The notes under the pieces are model-generated. The model did no database searches and was not told the origin of the DNA. It was given only the letters and a program-made list of their open reading frames with translations. From an uncultured Christensenella sp. (lineage in GTDB: Bacteria > Bacillota > Clostridia > Christensenellales > Borkfalkiaceae), in the NCBI GenBank assembly GCA_910579525.1, contig CAJTUK010000004.1, positions 192,112-256,111 of the forward strand: a stretch of DNA of 64,000 nt, written 5' to 3'. Below are positions 8,058 to 17,800 of this stretch, in pieces; position 1 is the first letter of the stretch; each line of letters begins with the position of its first letter. The position numbers and the translations under genes were made by a program.

Positions 8058-8590
8058 GCAACACACTCGTAGTTAACCTCTTCGGTGTTCCGGGGGCTGG
8101 CAAAAGCACTGGCGCCGCATACATCTTTTCCTGCATCAAAATGGCAGGAGTTAATGCAGAACTCATTACTGAGTATGCAAAAGACAAAGTTTGGGAACGG
8201 AACGATGAAGCGTTCCGCAACCAAGCATACATATTTGGAGAACAATCTTATAGGATAAGCCGCTGTGCTGGTAAGGTAGATGTTATCGTAACCGACAGTC
8301 CCCTTCCTTTAAGTGTAATGTATAACAACGATGAACGACTTACGGAAAACTTTAACAAAGCAGTAATGGACGTATTCAACACCTACGACAATCTTAACTA
8401 CCTCCTGCTGAGAGTTAAGCCGTACAATCCCGTTGGGCGTAAGCAGACTGAGGCTGAGTCTGACGCGCTTGGCGCATCGGTAATCTCACTGCTCAAAGAT
8501 AGAAACATCCCCTACCATTCCATCGATGGCGATGTTAAAGGGTACGATGAGATCGTTCGAGAAATTATTTCAAGAGTAAACGGAGAGTAA
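8054..8590 (+). CDS. P-loop NTPase / kinase-like protein
   Basis: 178 aa. Walker A GVPGAGKST near the N-terminus, and a Walker-B-like VIVTDSP. Translationally coupled (ATGA overlap) to the upstream gene and placed directly before the Thg1-like gene. Confidence 0.65.
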   Translation: MSNTLVVNLFGVPGAGKSTGAAYIFSCIKMAGVNAELITEYAKDKVWERNDEAFRNQAYIFGEQSYRISRCAGKVDVIVTDSPLPLSVMYNNDERLTENFNKAVMDVFNTYDNLNYLLLRVKPYNPVGRKQTEAESDALGASVISLLKDRNIPYHSIDGDVKGYDEIVREIISRVNGE

Positions 8591-8596
8591 AATTAT

Positions 8597-9445
8597 ATGG
8601 AGAACAATTCGCTTGGCGACAGAATGAAAGAGTATGAAAATATATCAAGAATATATTTGACTAAGCGTAGCCCTGTTATCATTCGTATCGATGGCAAAGC
8701 ATTCCACAGCTTTACAAAAGGGTTCATTCGCCCTTTTGATAAAATGCTTATGGAAACTATGGCTGAAACGGCGAAGTTCCTCGCCGAAAACATTTCTGGA
8801 TGCAAGCTTGCATATACACAGTCGGACGAAATCAGCCTACTTCTCACGGATTATGACACAATTAAGACGCAACCGTGGTTCGAGAACAATCTTCAGAAAC
8901 TTGTAAGTATTGCGGCAAGTATGGCAACCTTGCAGTTCAACAGAATATTCACTACCAAGGTTGGCGACATTAAACGCACGAAACATCACCTTGTTTTTAA
9001 GGACGTCAACGAAGAGAGTGATGAAAGCAGCATAAAGGATCTTACGAGATATTGTGATTCTCTTTCAAAATCACAACAGGCAGGAGCAATGTTCGATGCA
9101 AGAGCTTTTATACTACCAAAGGAAGAAGTTGTTAACTACTTTATATGGCGTCAGCAAGATGCAACGCGCAATTCAATTCTTATGGTTGCTCAATCGTGTT
9201 TTTCCCACAAAGAAATGCAAGGGATTAAGTGCGACGCCCTGCAAGAAAAGTTATTTAGCGAACGTAACATCAACTGGAACGATTACACAATACCTCAAAA
9301 GCGCGGTACTTGTATTAGAAGACAAACAACTTTAAGAAATGATGTAGAGCGTCACGAATGGATTATCGACACTAATATACCGATATTCACACAAGATAAA
9401 GATTATATAAATAAACTTGTATTTGGAGAACAGACAAATGAATGA
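8597..9445 (+). CDS. tRNA-His guanylyltransferase (Thg1)-like protein, 3'-5' nucleotidyltransferase
   Basis: 282 aa. Thg1-family pattern GDRMKEYE, RIDGKAFHSFTKGF, PFD, AYTQSDEISLLL. Confidence 0.8.
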   Translation: MENNSLGDRMKEYENISRIYLTKRSPVIIRIDGKAFHSFTKGFIRPFDKMLMETMAETAKFLAENISGCKLAYTQSDEISLLLTDYDTIKTQPWFENNLQKLVSIAASMATLQFNRIFTTKVGDIKRTKHHLVFKDVNEESDESSIKDLTRYCDSLSKSQQAGAMFDARAFILPKEEVVNYFIWRQQDATRNSILMVAQSCFSHKEMQGIKCDALQEKLFSERNINWNDYTIPQKRGTCIRRQTTLRNDVERHEWIIDTNIPIFTQDKDYINKLVFGEQTNE

Positions 9446-9857
9446 CATCACAGAATTTAGAGGAAACAACTACTACCTCAGTAACTTCTACGAAAGAGAT
9501 GTGAGCTGCTTTGGTTTTACATTTAAGAATAACGAGGCGGCGTTTCATGCAATGAAGTGCCCTGAAAGAGCAAGCGAATTTTGCGACCTTGACCCATCAG
9601 CGGCAAAGAGACTTGGACGACAAGTTAAGCTCCGCCCAGATTGGGAGCAAGTCAAAGAAGACATCATGTACGAGGTATGTCGAGCAAAGTTTATGCAGCA
9701 TTCAGACTTAAAAGAGCAACTCCTCTCCACCGGTTCCGTACAACTCGTTGAGGGTAACGACTGGAACGACAGAGAATGGGGCGTGTGCAACGGAGAGGGC
9801 AAGAACAAGCTTGGCAAAATATTGATGAGAATCAGAGGAGAACTTGCAAATGCGTAG
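9438..9857 (+). CDS. NADAR (YbiA/DUF1768) family protein
   Basis: Taken from the ATG at 9438 (GGAGAA SD). FRGNNYYLSNFY, NNEAAFHAMK and DREWGV resemble the NADAR signature. Confidence 0.75.
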   Translation: MNDITEFRGNNYYLSNFYERDVSCFGFTFKNNEAAFHAMKCPERASEFCDLDPSAAKRLGRQVKLRPDWEQVKEDIMYEVCRAKFMQHSDLKEQLLSTGSVQLVEGNDWNDREWGVCNGEGKNKLGKILMRIRGELANA

Positions 9858-10080
9858 TACGAAAAAAGTAACCGCAAAAGACGCTGGCTGGGATCCGCGG
9901 CTGGATAGCTTCAATACTTCATTGAAGCGCTCAGCGCGGCGGCAACTCAACCATAAACTCAGACAACGGCAGAAGCGCGAACTCCGTAATATGTCGGAAG
10001 TTTGTGTTTGTTGCGGTGCTCCACTCGGTGACGCTGAACTCGGAACAATGATGTGCAGCGAGTGTAGCAAAGAACAATAA
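9850..10080 (+). CDS. Small basic zinc-ribbon protein
   Basis: ATG at 9850. Arg/Lys-rich N-terminal half and a C-terminal CVCCG...CSEC. Confidence 0.45.
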   Translation: MRSTKKVTAKDAGWDPRLDSFNTSLKRSARRQLNHKLRQRQKRELRNMSEVCVCCGAPLGDAELGTMMCSECSKEQ

Positions 10081-10101
10081 CTTCTACATCTTTATTTTTT
10101 A

Positions 10102-10125
10102 TATTATAAAACATATTTAGACACA
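10102..10125 (+). promoter_or_regulatory. Conserved element copy C (TATTATAAAACATATTTAGACACA)
   Basis: Exact copy of 6966-6989. Ends 9 nt before the ATG at 10135. No recognisable -35 upstream. Confidence 0.6.
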
Positions 10126-10134
10126 CGGAGACAT

Positions 10135-10707
10135 ATGACAAACAAAGAAACATTCCTATCTATTTGCAGAGAAGACATTAAGCGCGACGGCATTGAAGAC
10201 CTCTTAAAGTGGCTTGAAGACAGCGACTTCTTCGCTGCACCGGCAAGTACAAGATTCCACGGAAACTATGAAGGCGGCTTGTGCGAACACTCGCTGAACG
10301 TACATCGAGAACTCACACGCTTAAACGACATCTACCAGCTTGGTTACTCAAAAGAGACCATTGCGGTCACCGCCCTCTTCCATGATCTCTGCAAGGTTAA
10401 CTACTATAAGCGCGGAACACGGAACGTCAAAGACGAAAACGGTAACTGGGTTGTCAAAGAAGTCTATGAAGTTGACGAAAGAGTTCCACTCGGGCACGGC
10501 GAAAAGAGCTGCATCATTTTGCAGTGGTACATAAAGCTTTCGCTTGAAGAATTGCTCGCTATACGCTGGCATATGGGCGGTTTTGACTCCGCCACTAAGG
10601 GCGGCGATTACAGCCTGAGCAAGGCTCAGGACAACTCAAAGCTCGTAACACTCATCAGTGTTGCGGACTTGATAGCGTCAAATCTTTTCGAGGAGACTAA
10701 AAAATAA
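10135..10707 (+). CDS. HD-domain phosphohydrolase
   Basis: 190 aa. STRFHGNYEGGLCEHSLNV and ALFHDLCK give the H...HD metal-binding pattern (YhaM-like HD). Confidence 0.75.
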   Translation: MTNKETFLSICREDIKRDGIEDLLKWLEDSDFFAAPASTRFHGNYEGGLCEHSLNVHRELTRLNDIYQLGYSKETIAVTALFHDLCKVNYYKRGTRNVKDENGNWVVKEVYEVDERVPLGHGEKSCIILQWYIKLSLEELLAIRWHMGGFDSATKGGDYSLSKAQDNSKLVTLISVADLIASNLFEETKK

Positions 10708-11012
10708 TGCCGCCCGATTTACATAGATTTACCCCAACCGGTGCTCGAATATATGTACGCTCCGAAGATGGCAGACAAGTTGAACTTAATCTTGCTCACG
10801 TCCAAGAGATACATTTTGACCGCGGCGCCGACCACGATTATATGGCAAATGCCTTTAGGTATTTTGACGCAGCAGCTGAGCAAGTCGGTATCACGCTAAA
10901 GGGCTTACAGCTTGCCGTAAAACTCTCTACACCGGATGGCGAAGAGAAAGACGTATCCTACGAAGATTGGGAGCGCATGATACTGAACGGCATCCATAAC
11001 GAAGACAAATAA
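10707..11012 (+). CDS. Hypothetical protein
   Basis: 101-aa ORF, start coupled to the HD gene stop. No motif recognised. Confidence 0.5.
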   Translation: MPPDLHRFTPTGARIYVRSEDGRQVELNLAHVQEIHFDRGADHDYMANAFRYFDAAAEQVGITLKGLQLAVKLSTPDGEEKDVSYEDWERMILNGIHNEDK

Positions 11013-11027
11013 TTAAAGGAGGCAAAA

Positions 11028-11777
11028 ATGCCAGATACAGAAAAGTTAAACATTCACCAAAAGATTTTGAAGATTGCCGACGCTGCCGGGGTTCTTCAAA
11101 AGACCAAGTCGGGCTACAACTACAAGTACGTGCCCGAAGAAGAGATTCAGGCGAAAGTAACTGCTTGTATGCAAAAGTATGGAGTTATGCTCTACCACTC
11201 CATCGTTCAAGGCACGCTTCGTGTTCAACCTTATACATACGAAAAATACGACGCGAAACTCAAAGCAAACAAGACAGTCAACGAGTTCGTCGTCACCGCC
11301 GACTCTGTGTACAAATGGGTCAACGCCGAGACCCCCGGCGAGTACATCGAAGTACCTTGGGCTCTCGTAGGGCAAATGGAAGACGCATCTCAAGCGTTCG
11401 GCGCGGCAGAAACATACTGCAACAGATACTTCCTTATGAAGTCGTTACAGCTTGCAACATCCGAAGCAGACCCCGACGAGTACAGAAGCAAACAAAAGGA
11501 AGCCGAAGGTTATGATCAAGAAAAAGAGCAAAAGGCTGCGGCGGAAGAACTTGCAAAAGCCGTTAAGGAAATCTTAGACAAGGGCTCCGAGCTCATCAAA
11601 AAAGGTTTCGCAAAAGAAGAAGTTATGGCAGTTGTAGGAAAATACAACAACGGCAACTCCAACCCTTCGAGCATCAAGTCGATTGAGATTTGCGCGGCGG
11701 TTATGGCAGAATTTGCGGAGCTCGAAAAGTCAAAAGCAAGCAAAAAGTCAACCACACCAAAAGGAGAAACGAAATGA
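11028..11777 (+). CDS. ERF-family single-strand annealing protein
   Basis: 249 aa. NIHQKILKI...KSGYNYKYVPEEEI...FGAAETYCNRYFLMK...SEADPDE matches the ERF layout. Sits before SSB and a nuclease. Confidence 0.7.
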   Translation: MPDTEKLNIHQKILKIADAAGVLQKTKSGYNYKYVPEEEIQAKVTACMQKYGVMLYHSIVQGTLRVQPYTYEKYDAKLKANKTVNEFVVTADSVYKWVNAETPGEYIEVPWALVGQMEDASQAFGAAETYCNRYFLMKSLQLATSEADPDEYRSKQKEAEGYDQEKEQKAAAEELAKAVKEILDKGSELIKKGFAKEEVMAVVGKYNNGNSNPSSIKSIEICAAVMAEFAELEKSKASKKSTTPKGETK

Positions 11778-12172
11778 TTTTTAACGACAACAAAATCTAC
11801 GCAAAAGTATGGAAAGTAACGCCGTCCGAGAACGGCAAGTACGTTGACCTTCAAATTACCACATCGGAAAAGGACAATGACGGCAACTACGTAAACTCAT
11901 CGTGGTTCCCTCGCGTTATCGGCAAAGCGGTTAACACCTTGAAAGGTTTGAAGCGCGAAGACCGCATCATCATTACGAAGTCGAAGTTCACCAACGAACG
12001 CAGAGACACCGACGACGGCAAGAAGTCCTTCTTCCGCTTCCTCATCCTCGAAGCAGAAATCGAAGGCAGCGAAAGGTCAGGCGGCAACACTCCCGCGACG
12101 GAAACCAATAAGAAGAATAAGCCGAAAGAGGAACCTGCTCCTGCGGCGGCTGAGGACGCTTGTCCTTGGTAA
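11774..12172 (+). CDS. Single-stranded DNA-binding protein (OB-fold)
   Basis: Taken from the ATG at 11774 (ATGA overlap with erf). About 100 aa of OB-like core, a Pro/Ala/Lys linker, and an acidic-aromatic tail AAEDACPW. Confidence 0.55.
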   Translation: MIFNDNKIYAKVWKVTPSENGKYVDLQITTSEKDNDGNYVNSSWFPRVIGKAVNTLKGLKREDRIIITKSKFTNERRDTDDGKKSFFRFLILEAEIEGSERSGGNTPATETNKKNKPKEEPAPAAAEDACPW

Positions 12173-12915
12173 GCGGAGAGCCAAGAAAGGAACGGTATAG
12201 TTTTTCTAAGTTATCAGCATTCCACACCTGCAAGTACGGGTACAAGATGACATACATAGACCATAAGAAAGGCATCGGAAATTGCTTCAGTTCTTATGGT
12301 CTTGAAGTTCACTCCATTATGGAGAGATACGCAAAGGGCGAACTTACCCTTTGGGATTTGGTAGGCATATATGAGTGGGAATTTGACGCGGCGGTGCCCG
12401 AAAAGTTCCCTTCTACCAAGTACTGCAAAGATATGCGAAAGCTCTACTACGATCAAGGGCTTGAGTACCTGAAAAACTTTGCAGGATACGATGACAGAAA
12501 AATATTAGAAGTTGAATCACAGTTCGATTACGAAATTGACGACTGGACTTTTAACGGCGTAATCGACTTAGTTTTTGAAGACAAAGACGGAAAGCTTATT
12601 ATACAAGACTATAAATCCAAGAGTTCTTTCAAGAACAAGCGCGAACAAGCGGAATATGCACGACAGCTTTATCTGTACGCATTATTTGTGAAGAAAAAAT
12701 ACGGTAGATATCCAGATATCCTTCGCTTTATGATGTTCAGAAAAAATATGTCGATTGACATACCGTTCGACGAGTCCAGCTTAAACGAAGCTTTAAGTTG
12801 GGCAAGAGAGACGGTGAAAGAAATCCGTGAGTGTTGGGATTTCACACCGACGTGTGACGAGTTCTTTAGCGAGAACTTGTGCAATCATCGCGAGTATTGC
12901 GAAAGCAAAATATAG
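12160..12915 (+). CDS. PD-(D/E)XK nuclease, Cas4/RecB-like with Cys cluster
   Basis: 251 aa. N-terminal YSFSKLSAFHTC, a core GVIDLVFED...IQDYKS (D...D/ExK), and a C-terminal CWDFTPTCDEFFSENLCNHREYC (4-Cys Fe-S type). The TTG start at 12160 is uncertain. Confidence 0.7.
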   Translation: MSLVSGEPRKERYSFSKLSAFHTCKYGYKMTYIDHKKGIGNCFSSYGLEVHSIMERYAKGELTLWDLVGIYEWEFDAAVPEKFPSTKYCKDMRKLYYDQGLEYLKNFAGYDDRKILEVESQFDYEIDDWTFNGVIDLVFEDKDGKLIIQDYKSKSSFKNKREQAEYARQLYLYALFVKKKYGRYPDILRFMMFRKNMSIDIPFDESSLNEALSWARETVKEIRECWDFTPTCDEFFSENLCNHREYCESKI

Positions 12916-12933
12916 CATTGGAGGTATAGGCTT

Positions 12934-14895
12934 ATTCTTGTCGAAAAGGAACAAATTCTAAAAGCAAAAGCAAAGCTTGGCGACAGAAACGCAGAAATAA
13001 TTGCTGAGCTATTAAACCTCGAAAAGTATGATGCCGTAAATAAAAAAGCACTATGCCCGTGGCATTTAGAAGACTCACCGAGTTTCATCTACAACCCAAA
13101 GACATTCAGTTTCCACTGCTTTGGGTGCGGTAGAAATACAGATATCATCGATGCGTACACTCACACGGGAATGACATATCTTGAGGCACTGCAAAAATTA
13201 TTCGAGGAAGCAAAGATGTCCGTCTCTTTCGGAGAGAAAGGCGTCAAAACTAAATATCAGTACAGATACCCAAAAGAAGAGCCACTGAATGACAAAGAGC
13301 ACGTCTATACATATTTGGCTCAACGACACATATCACAAACCACAGTAGATGCTGTTGACGTCCGCGAAGACGCTCACGGCAACATCGTGTTCAACTACTA
13401 CGACACCAATGATGTTCTCTGCCTCGTTAAATATCGTCCGTCACATAAGATTGATAAGGCGAACGGCGAGATAAAGGCTTGGTGCCAAAAAGACGCAGAC
13501 ACAACCCCTCTACTCTTTAATATGAACAGAGTCAACACAACCTCTCCCCTTTTAATTTGCGAGGGCGAAATTGACTGTATGGCTGCCATCGAGGCAGGCT
13601 TTACGAACGCAGTTTCGGTACCGCTTGGCGCAAACAACTACGGCTGGATTGAGGAAAACTTTGATTGGCTCGAACAGTTTGAGAGCATCATCATTTGTTC
13701 GGATAATGATGAAGCAGGCATCAAAATGCAAAAGGAATGTGTGTTCCGACTTGGTTCTTGGAGAACAAAAGTTGTCGGCATTCCACTCTTCCACTACGAT
13801 GCCGAGCAAGACAAGCGCTTCCCTATGAAAGACCTTAACCACGTCTTGTACTACGAAGGGAAAGACGCCGTACTCGAACTCATACATAACGCAAAAGACA
13901 CGCCTGTCGATAGTGTTTCGGACTTCTCCGACATCACCAATATTGACTTGGATCAAATCGACGGCATAAAGACTGGCATCCCTGATTTAGATAAGAAACT
14001 TATGAAGTTGTTCTACGGAACATTCACAATTGTTACGGGCGTCAATGGCTCTGGTAAGTCATCGTTCCTCTCACAGTTAATATGTAACGCGGTAGACGAA
14101 GATAAGAACGCCTTCCTCTACTCTGGCGAGTTACCCAACTTCCAGAGCAAGAACTGGATTAACTACATCCTCGCCGGACAGCGCAACGTGAGAGAGTATA
14201 ACTTCAACGGTGCAACTTATTGGAAGGTAACTCCAGAAGCACAAAAAGCGATGAATGAATACTATCGCGGAAGGCTCTTCATCTACAAGGACGGCTACGA
14301 CCATAAGGTAGATTCCATACTGAAATCTATGGAAGATTCTACGAGGAAATATGGGTGTAAGTTACACATCATCGATAACCTGACGTCTGTCAACCTCGAA
14401 GCGAACGAGCAGAACAAGTATCAGAAACAAGAAGAATTTGTTACACGGCTCATCGACTTTGCGAAGAAGTACAACGTCGCGGTTCTCTTGGTTGTACACC
14501 CACACAAGATTGAACAAATGCGCAGGCTGAACAAAATGGATATCCAAGGCATCTCGGCAATCATCGATTTGGCTCACAGGATTTTGAGTTTGTACAGAGT
14601 AACACAAGACGATAGGCGCGGCGTTCCTAATAAGCGTGGCGGCTGGTACAAAGAACCTATTAAGTTCGATGTACTGTGCGACATCTTAAAGGATAGATTG
14701 CTCGGATTTGAGGGCAGTTCCGCTGGGCTCTACTACGACAAACCGTCAAGGCGCTTCTTCGTTGACGAAGAGTCACTTGACAAACGATATGGCTGGGACA
14801 ATGAAGAGTACGCTGGCGCACTCCCCTTCCCGCCGCCTCAACTTTATCAGCAAGATGAAGAAGAGATTTATGGACACATTTCTGGAGAAGGCTAA
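12934..14895 (+). CDS. Bifunctional primase-helicase (T7 gp4-like: CHC2 Zn finger + TOPRIM + DnaB-type helicase)
   Basis: The track ORF starts at ATG 13171, but the same frame is open back to the TAG at 12913-12915 and encodes CPWHLEDSPSFIYNPKTFSFHCFGCG (a DnaG CHC2 finger). TOPRIM motifs LICEGEIDCMAA and CSDNDEAG, and Walker A GVNGSGKS. Proposed ATT start at 12934, 9 nt after a GGAGG. Confidence 0.8.
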   Translation: MLVEKEQILKAKAKLGDRNAEIIAELLNLEKYDAVNKKALCPWHLEDSPSFIYNPKTFSFHCFGCGRNTDIIDAYTHTGMTYLEALQKLFEEAKMSVSFGEKGVKTKYQYRYPKEEPLNDKEHVYTYLAQRHISQTTVDAVDVREDAHGNIVFNYYDTNDVLCLVKYRPSHKIDKANGEIKAWCQKDADTTPLLFNMNRVNTTSPLLICEGEIDCMAAIEAGFTNAVSVPLGANNYGWIEENFDWLEQFESIIICSDNDEAGIKMQKECVFRLGSWRTKVVGIPLFHYDAEQDKRFPMKDLNHVLYYEGKDAVLELIHNAKDTPVDSVSDFSDITNIDLDQIDGIKTGIPDLDKKLMKLFYGTFTIVTGVNGSGKSSFLSQLICNAVDEDKNAFLYSGELPNFQSKNWINYILAGQRNVREYNFNGATYWKVTPEAQKAMNEYYRGRLFIYKDGYDHKVDSILKSMEDSTRKYGCKLHIIDNLTSVNLEANEQNKYQKQEEFVTRLIDFAKKYNVAVLLVVHPHKIEQMRRLNKMDIQGISAIIDLAHRILSLYRVTQDDRRGVPNKRGGWYKEPIKFDVLCDILKDRLLGFEGSSAGLYYDKPSRRFFVDEESLDKRYGWDNEEYAGALPFPPPQLYQQDEEEIYGHISGEG

Positions 14896-17800
14896 TGAAA
14901 GTATTTCAAAACTACCATCGTCATGCGATGTACACAAACGTAAGAATATCCGACTCGGCGGTAACCCCTAAGGATTACGCCGAGAGAGCGAAAGCTCTTG
15001 GGCACGGTATCCTATCATCTGCTGAACACGGATGGCAAGGTAACTACTTTGAAACGGTTCGGCTTGCGAAAGAATACGGTCTCAAACCACTTATAGGTGC
15101 CGAGGCGTACTGGGTTAAAGACAGAGCAGAGAAAGACAGAACGAACTGCCACATCTTCTTGGGAGCTAAAAATGAGCGCGGCAGGCAGGCATTGAACGAC
15201 GTTTTGTCCGAAGCAAACCTCACAGGTTTCTACGGGCAGCCGAGGCTCGACGTACCGCTGCTCCTCTCACTTCCAAAGGATGACTTAATTGTAACAACGG
15301 CTTGTATAGCATATTGGCGTTATGAAAACATTGAAGAGATAACCGCTATGCTTGCAAAGCACTTTGGCAAAAACTTCTTCCTTGAAGTTCAGTATCACAA
15401 CACAGAGTCTCAGCGTGAACTTAACAAAAGAATATTGCGCTTACATAACGAATTGAAGATACCTCTTATTATGGGGTGCGACAGTCACTACATAGGCGCA
15501 GACCAAGGTCAAACAAGAACCGACTTCCTCGTATCGAAAGGGTTAACATACCCCGACGAGGAAGGGTGGTTCCTCGACTATCCAGATGGCGACACAGCAT
15601 ACGAAAGGTTTGCTAACCAATGCGTGTTAAGCCACAGTGAAATTAACGACGCTATGGATAACACAGGCGTCTTTCTCGAAGTTGAAGAATATGACAGTCC
15701 TATCTTCAACACCGATATTAAAATGCCCTCCCTCTTCCCTACTTTGTCACAAGAAGAAAAGAACGAGAAGTACAAGAGCTTGGTATGGAGCGGCTGGGAA
15801 GAATATAAAAAGTCGGTGCCCGAAGATAAATGGGCTTTGTACGAGTCCGAAATTGAAAAAGAAATTAAGACCGTTGAAGACACACATATGGCTGACTACT
15901 TCATCGACAACTACCACATCATCCGCAAAGGAAAAGAGAACGGCGGATGGTTGACAAAAAGCGGACGTGGCTCCGCGGTATCGTTCATCACAAATATGCT
16001 TCTTGGCTTCACCGAAGTTGACAGAATTGCAGCCAAAGTGCATATGTACCCAGAACGTTTTATGAGCGCAACGAGAATTCTACAAAGCGGCTCCTTGCCC
16101 GATATAGACTTCAACTGCGCACCCGTAGAACCGTTTGCTCGCGCACAGCAAGAAATACTTGGCGAAGACCACGCCTACCCTATGGTAGCTTATGGCACCA
16201 TGCAGAAATCGGCGGCTTGGAAACTCTACGCAAAGTCACAAGGCATATCCTTCGAGATCGCCAATGCGGTGTCCGAACAAATTAAAAAGTACGAAGCTGC
16301 CGTTAAGCACGCCCCCGAAGACGAAAAAGATGACATCAACGTCTTCGATTACATTGATAAAGACTTCCACGAGATATATGAAAAAAGCAAAGACTATCTC
16401 GGTCTTGTAACCTCGTGGAGTATTGCACCCTGCTCATACCTGCTCTATGAGGGCAGCATCAGAAAAGAAATTGGCTTAGTTAAAGTCAAAGACCACCTCT
16501 GCTGTTTAATGGACGGTCACTGGGCAGAAGCTTGTCACTTCCTCAAGAATGACTTGCTGAAAGTATCTGTGGTTGACTTAATTTATCGAGCCTACCACCG
16601 CATTGGAATTGAACCACCGACTGTTACCGAACTTCTTAAAATGTGTCCACCCGACGATAAGGCTTGGGAGATATACGAAAAAGGTTGCACTCTTGGTATC
16701 AACCAATGTGAACAGACAGGAACGGCTTCGAGAGTAACGAAGTACAAGCCGAAGAATATATCGGAGCTTGGTGCATTCGTTGCTGCTATTCGCCCCGGCT
16801 TCAAGTCAATGTATAAGACATTTGAAGAACGCAAACCGTTTGCATACGGCGTCAAGGCGTTTGATGAACTGATACAGACAGACGAAATGCCGAGCAGCTT
16901 CTTGCTCTACCAAGAACAAGAAATGGCAGCTCTGAACTACGCTGGCATTGATATGAGCGACTGCTATACGGCAATAAAAAACATTGCTAAAAAGCGCGCT
17001 GATAAGGTGTTGGCATATAAAGAGAAGTTCATTAACGGCTTCTCTCAGGTAATGATTGAAGACGAGCATAAGACGCCAGAAGAAGCGGCATCTATGTCGC
17101 AAGAGCTGTGGCAAATCATTGAAGACTCGTCAAGATACTCATTCAACGCATCCCACTCCTATTGCGTTGCTTTGGATAGTCTGTACGGCGCTTGGCTTAA
17201 AGCACACCACCCGTTGGAGTTCTATGAAGTGTTACTTACCCTCGCCGAACAAAAGGGCGACAAAGACAAAATGAACGCCCTTAAAGAAGAGGCTGAAAGT
17301 TACTTCAATATAAAGTTTCCGCCGTTTAGGTTTGGACAGGATAACCGTTCAATTAAAGCAGACGTTGAAAACAACTTGATTGTGAACTCTCTTTCCGCAA
17401 TAAAAGGATTTAGCCTTTCGGTCGGCGCAGCCTTATATGATTGCAGTAAAAATAACTTTACTTCATTCGTTGATGTGCTGGCGTGGCTGGATAAAAAAGC
17501 TCTCAAGGCTTCAAAGGTTAGACCCCTCATCACAATCGACTACTTCCAACAGTTTGGTAACATTAACGAACTCCTCTCCATCCTTGATTTGTGGGAGTTG
17601 TTAAAGCAAGGTCAAGCAAAGTCGGTCAGAAAAGACAAAGTGACATCCATTGTTGTGCAGCGGATATTGTCGTACAACTGTTCAACCACGAACAAAGACG
17701 GCACAGAGTCTGCATCTTACAGAATGGAAAACGAACAAACGACAATGAAGTGTTTGTATGACTTCGAGCAATACATAAAGCAACATCCAATGCCATCACC

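Noticed and set aside
12913-12915. Genome-wide TAG stop-codon reassignment
   Set aside because: Considered because the nuclease and the primase are in frame across one TAG. The very long structural ORFs (1607 and 1511 aa) and all other genes are intact under the standard code, with no pattern of same-frame split genes.
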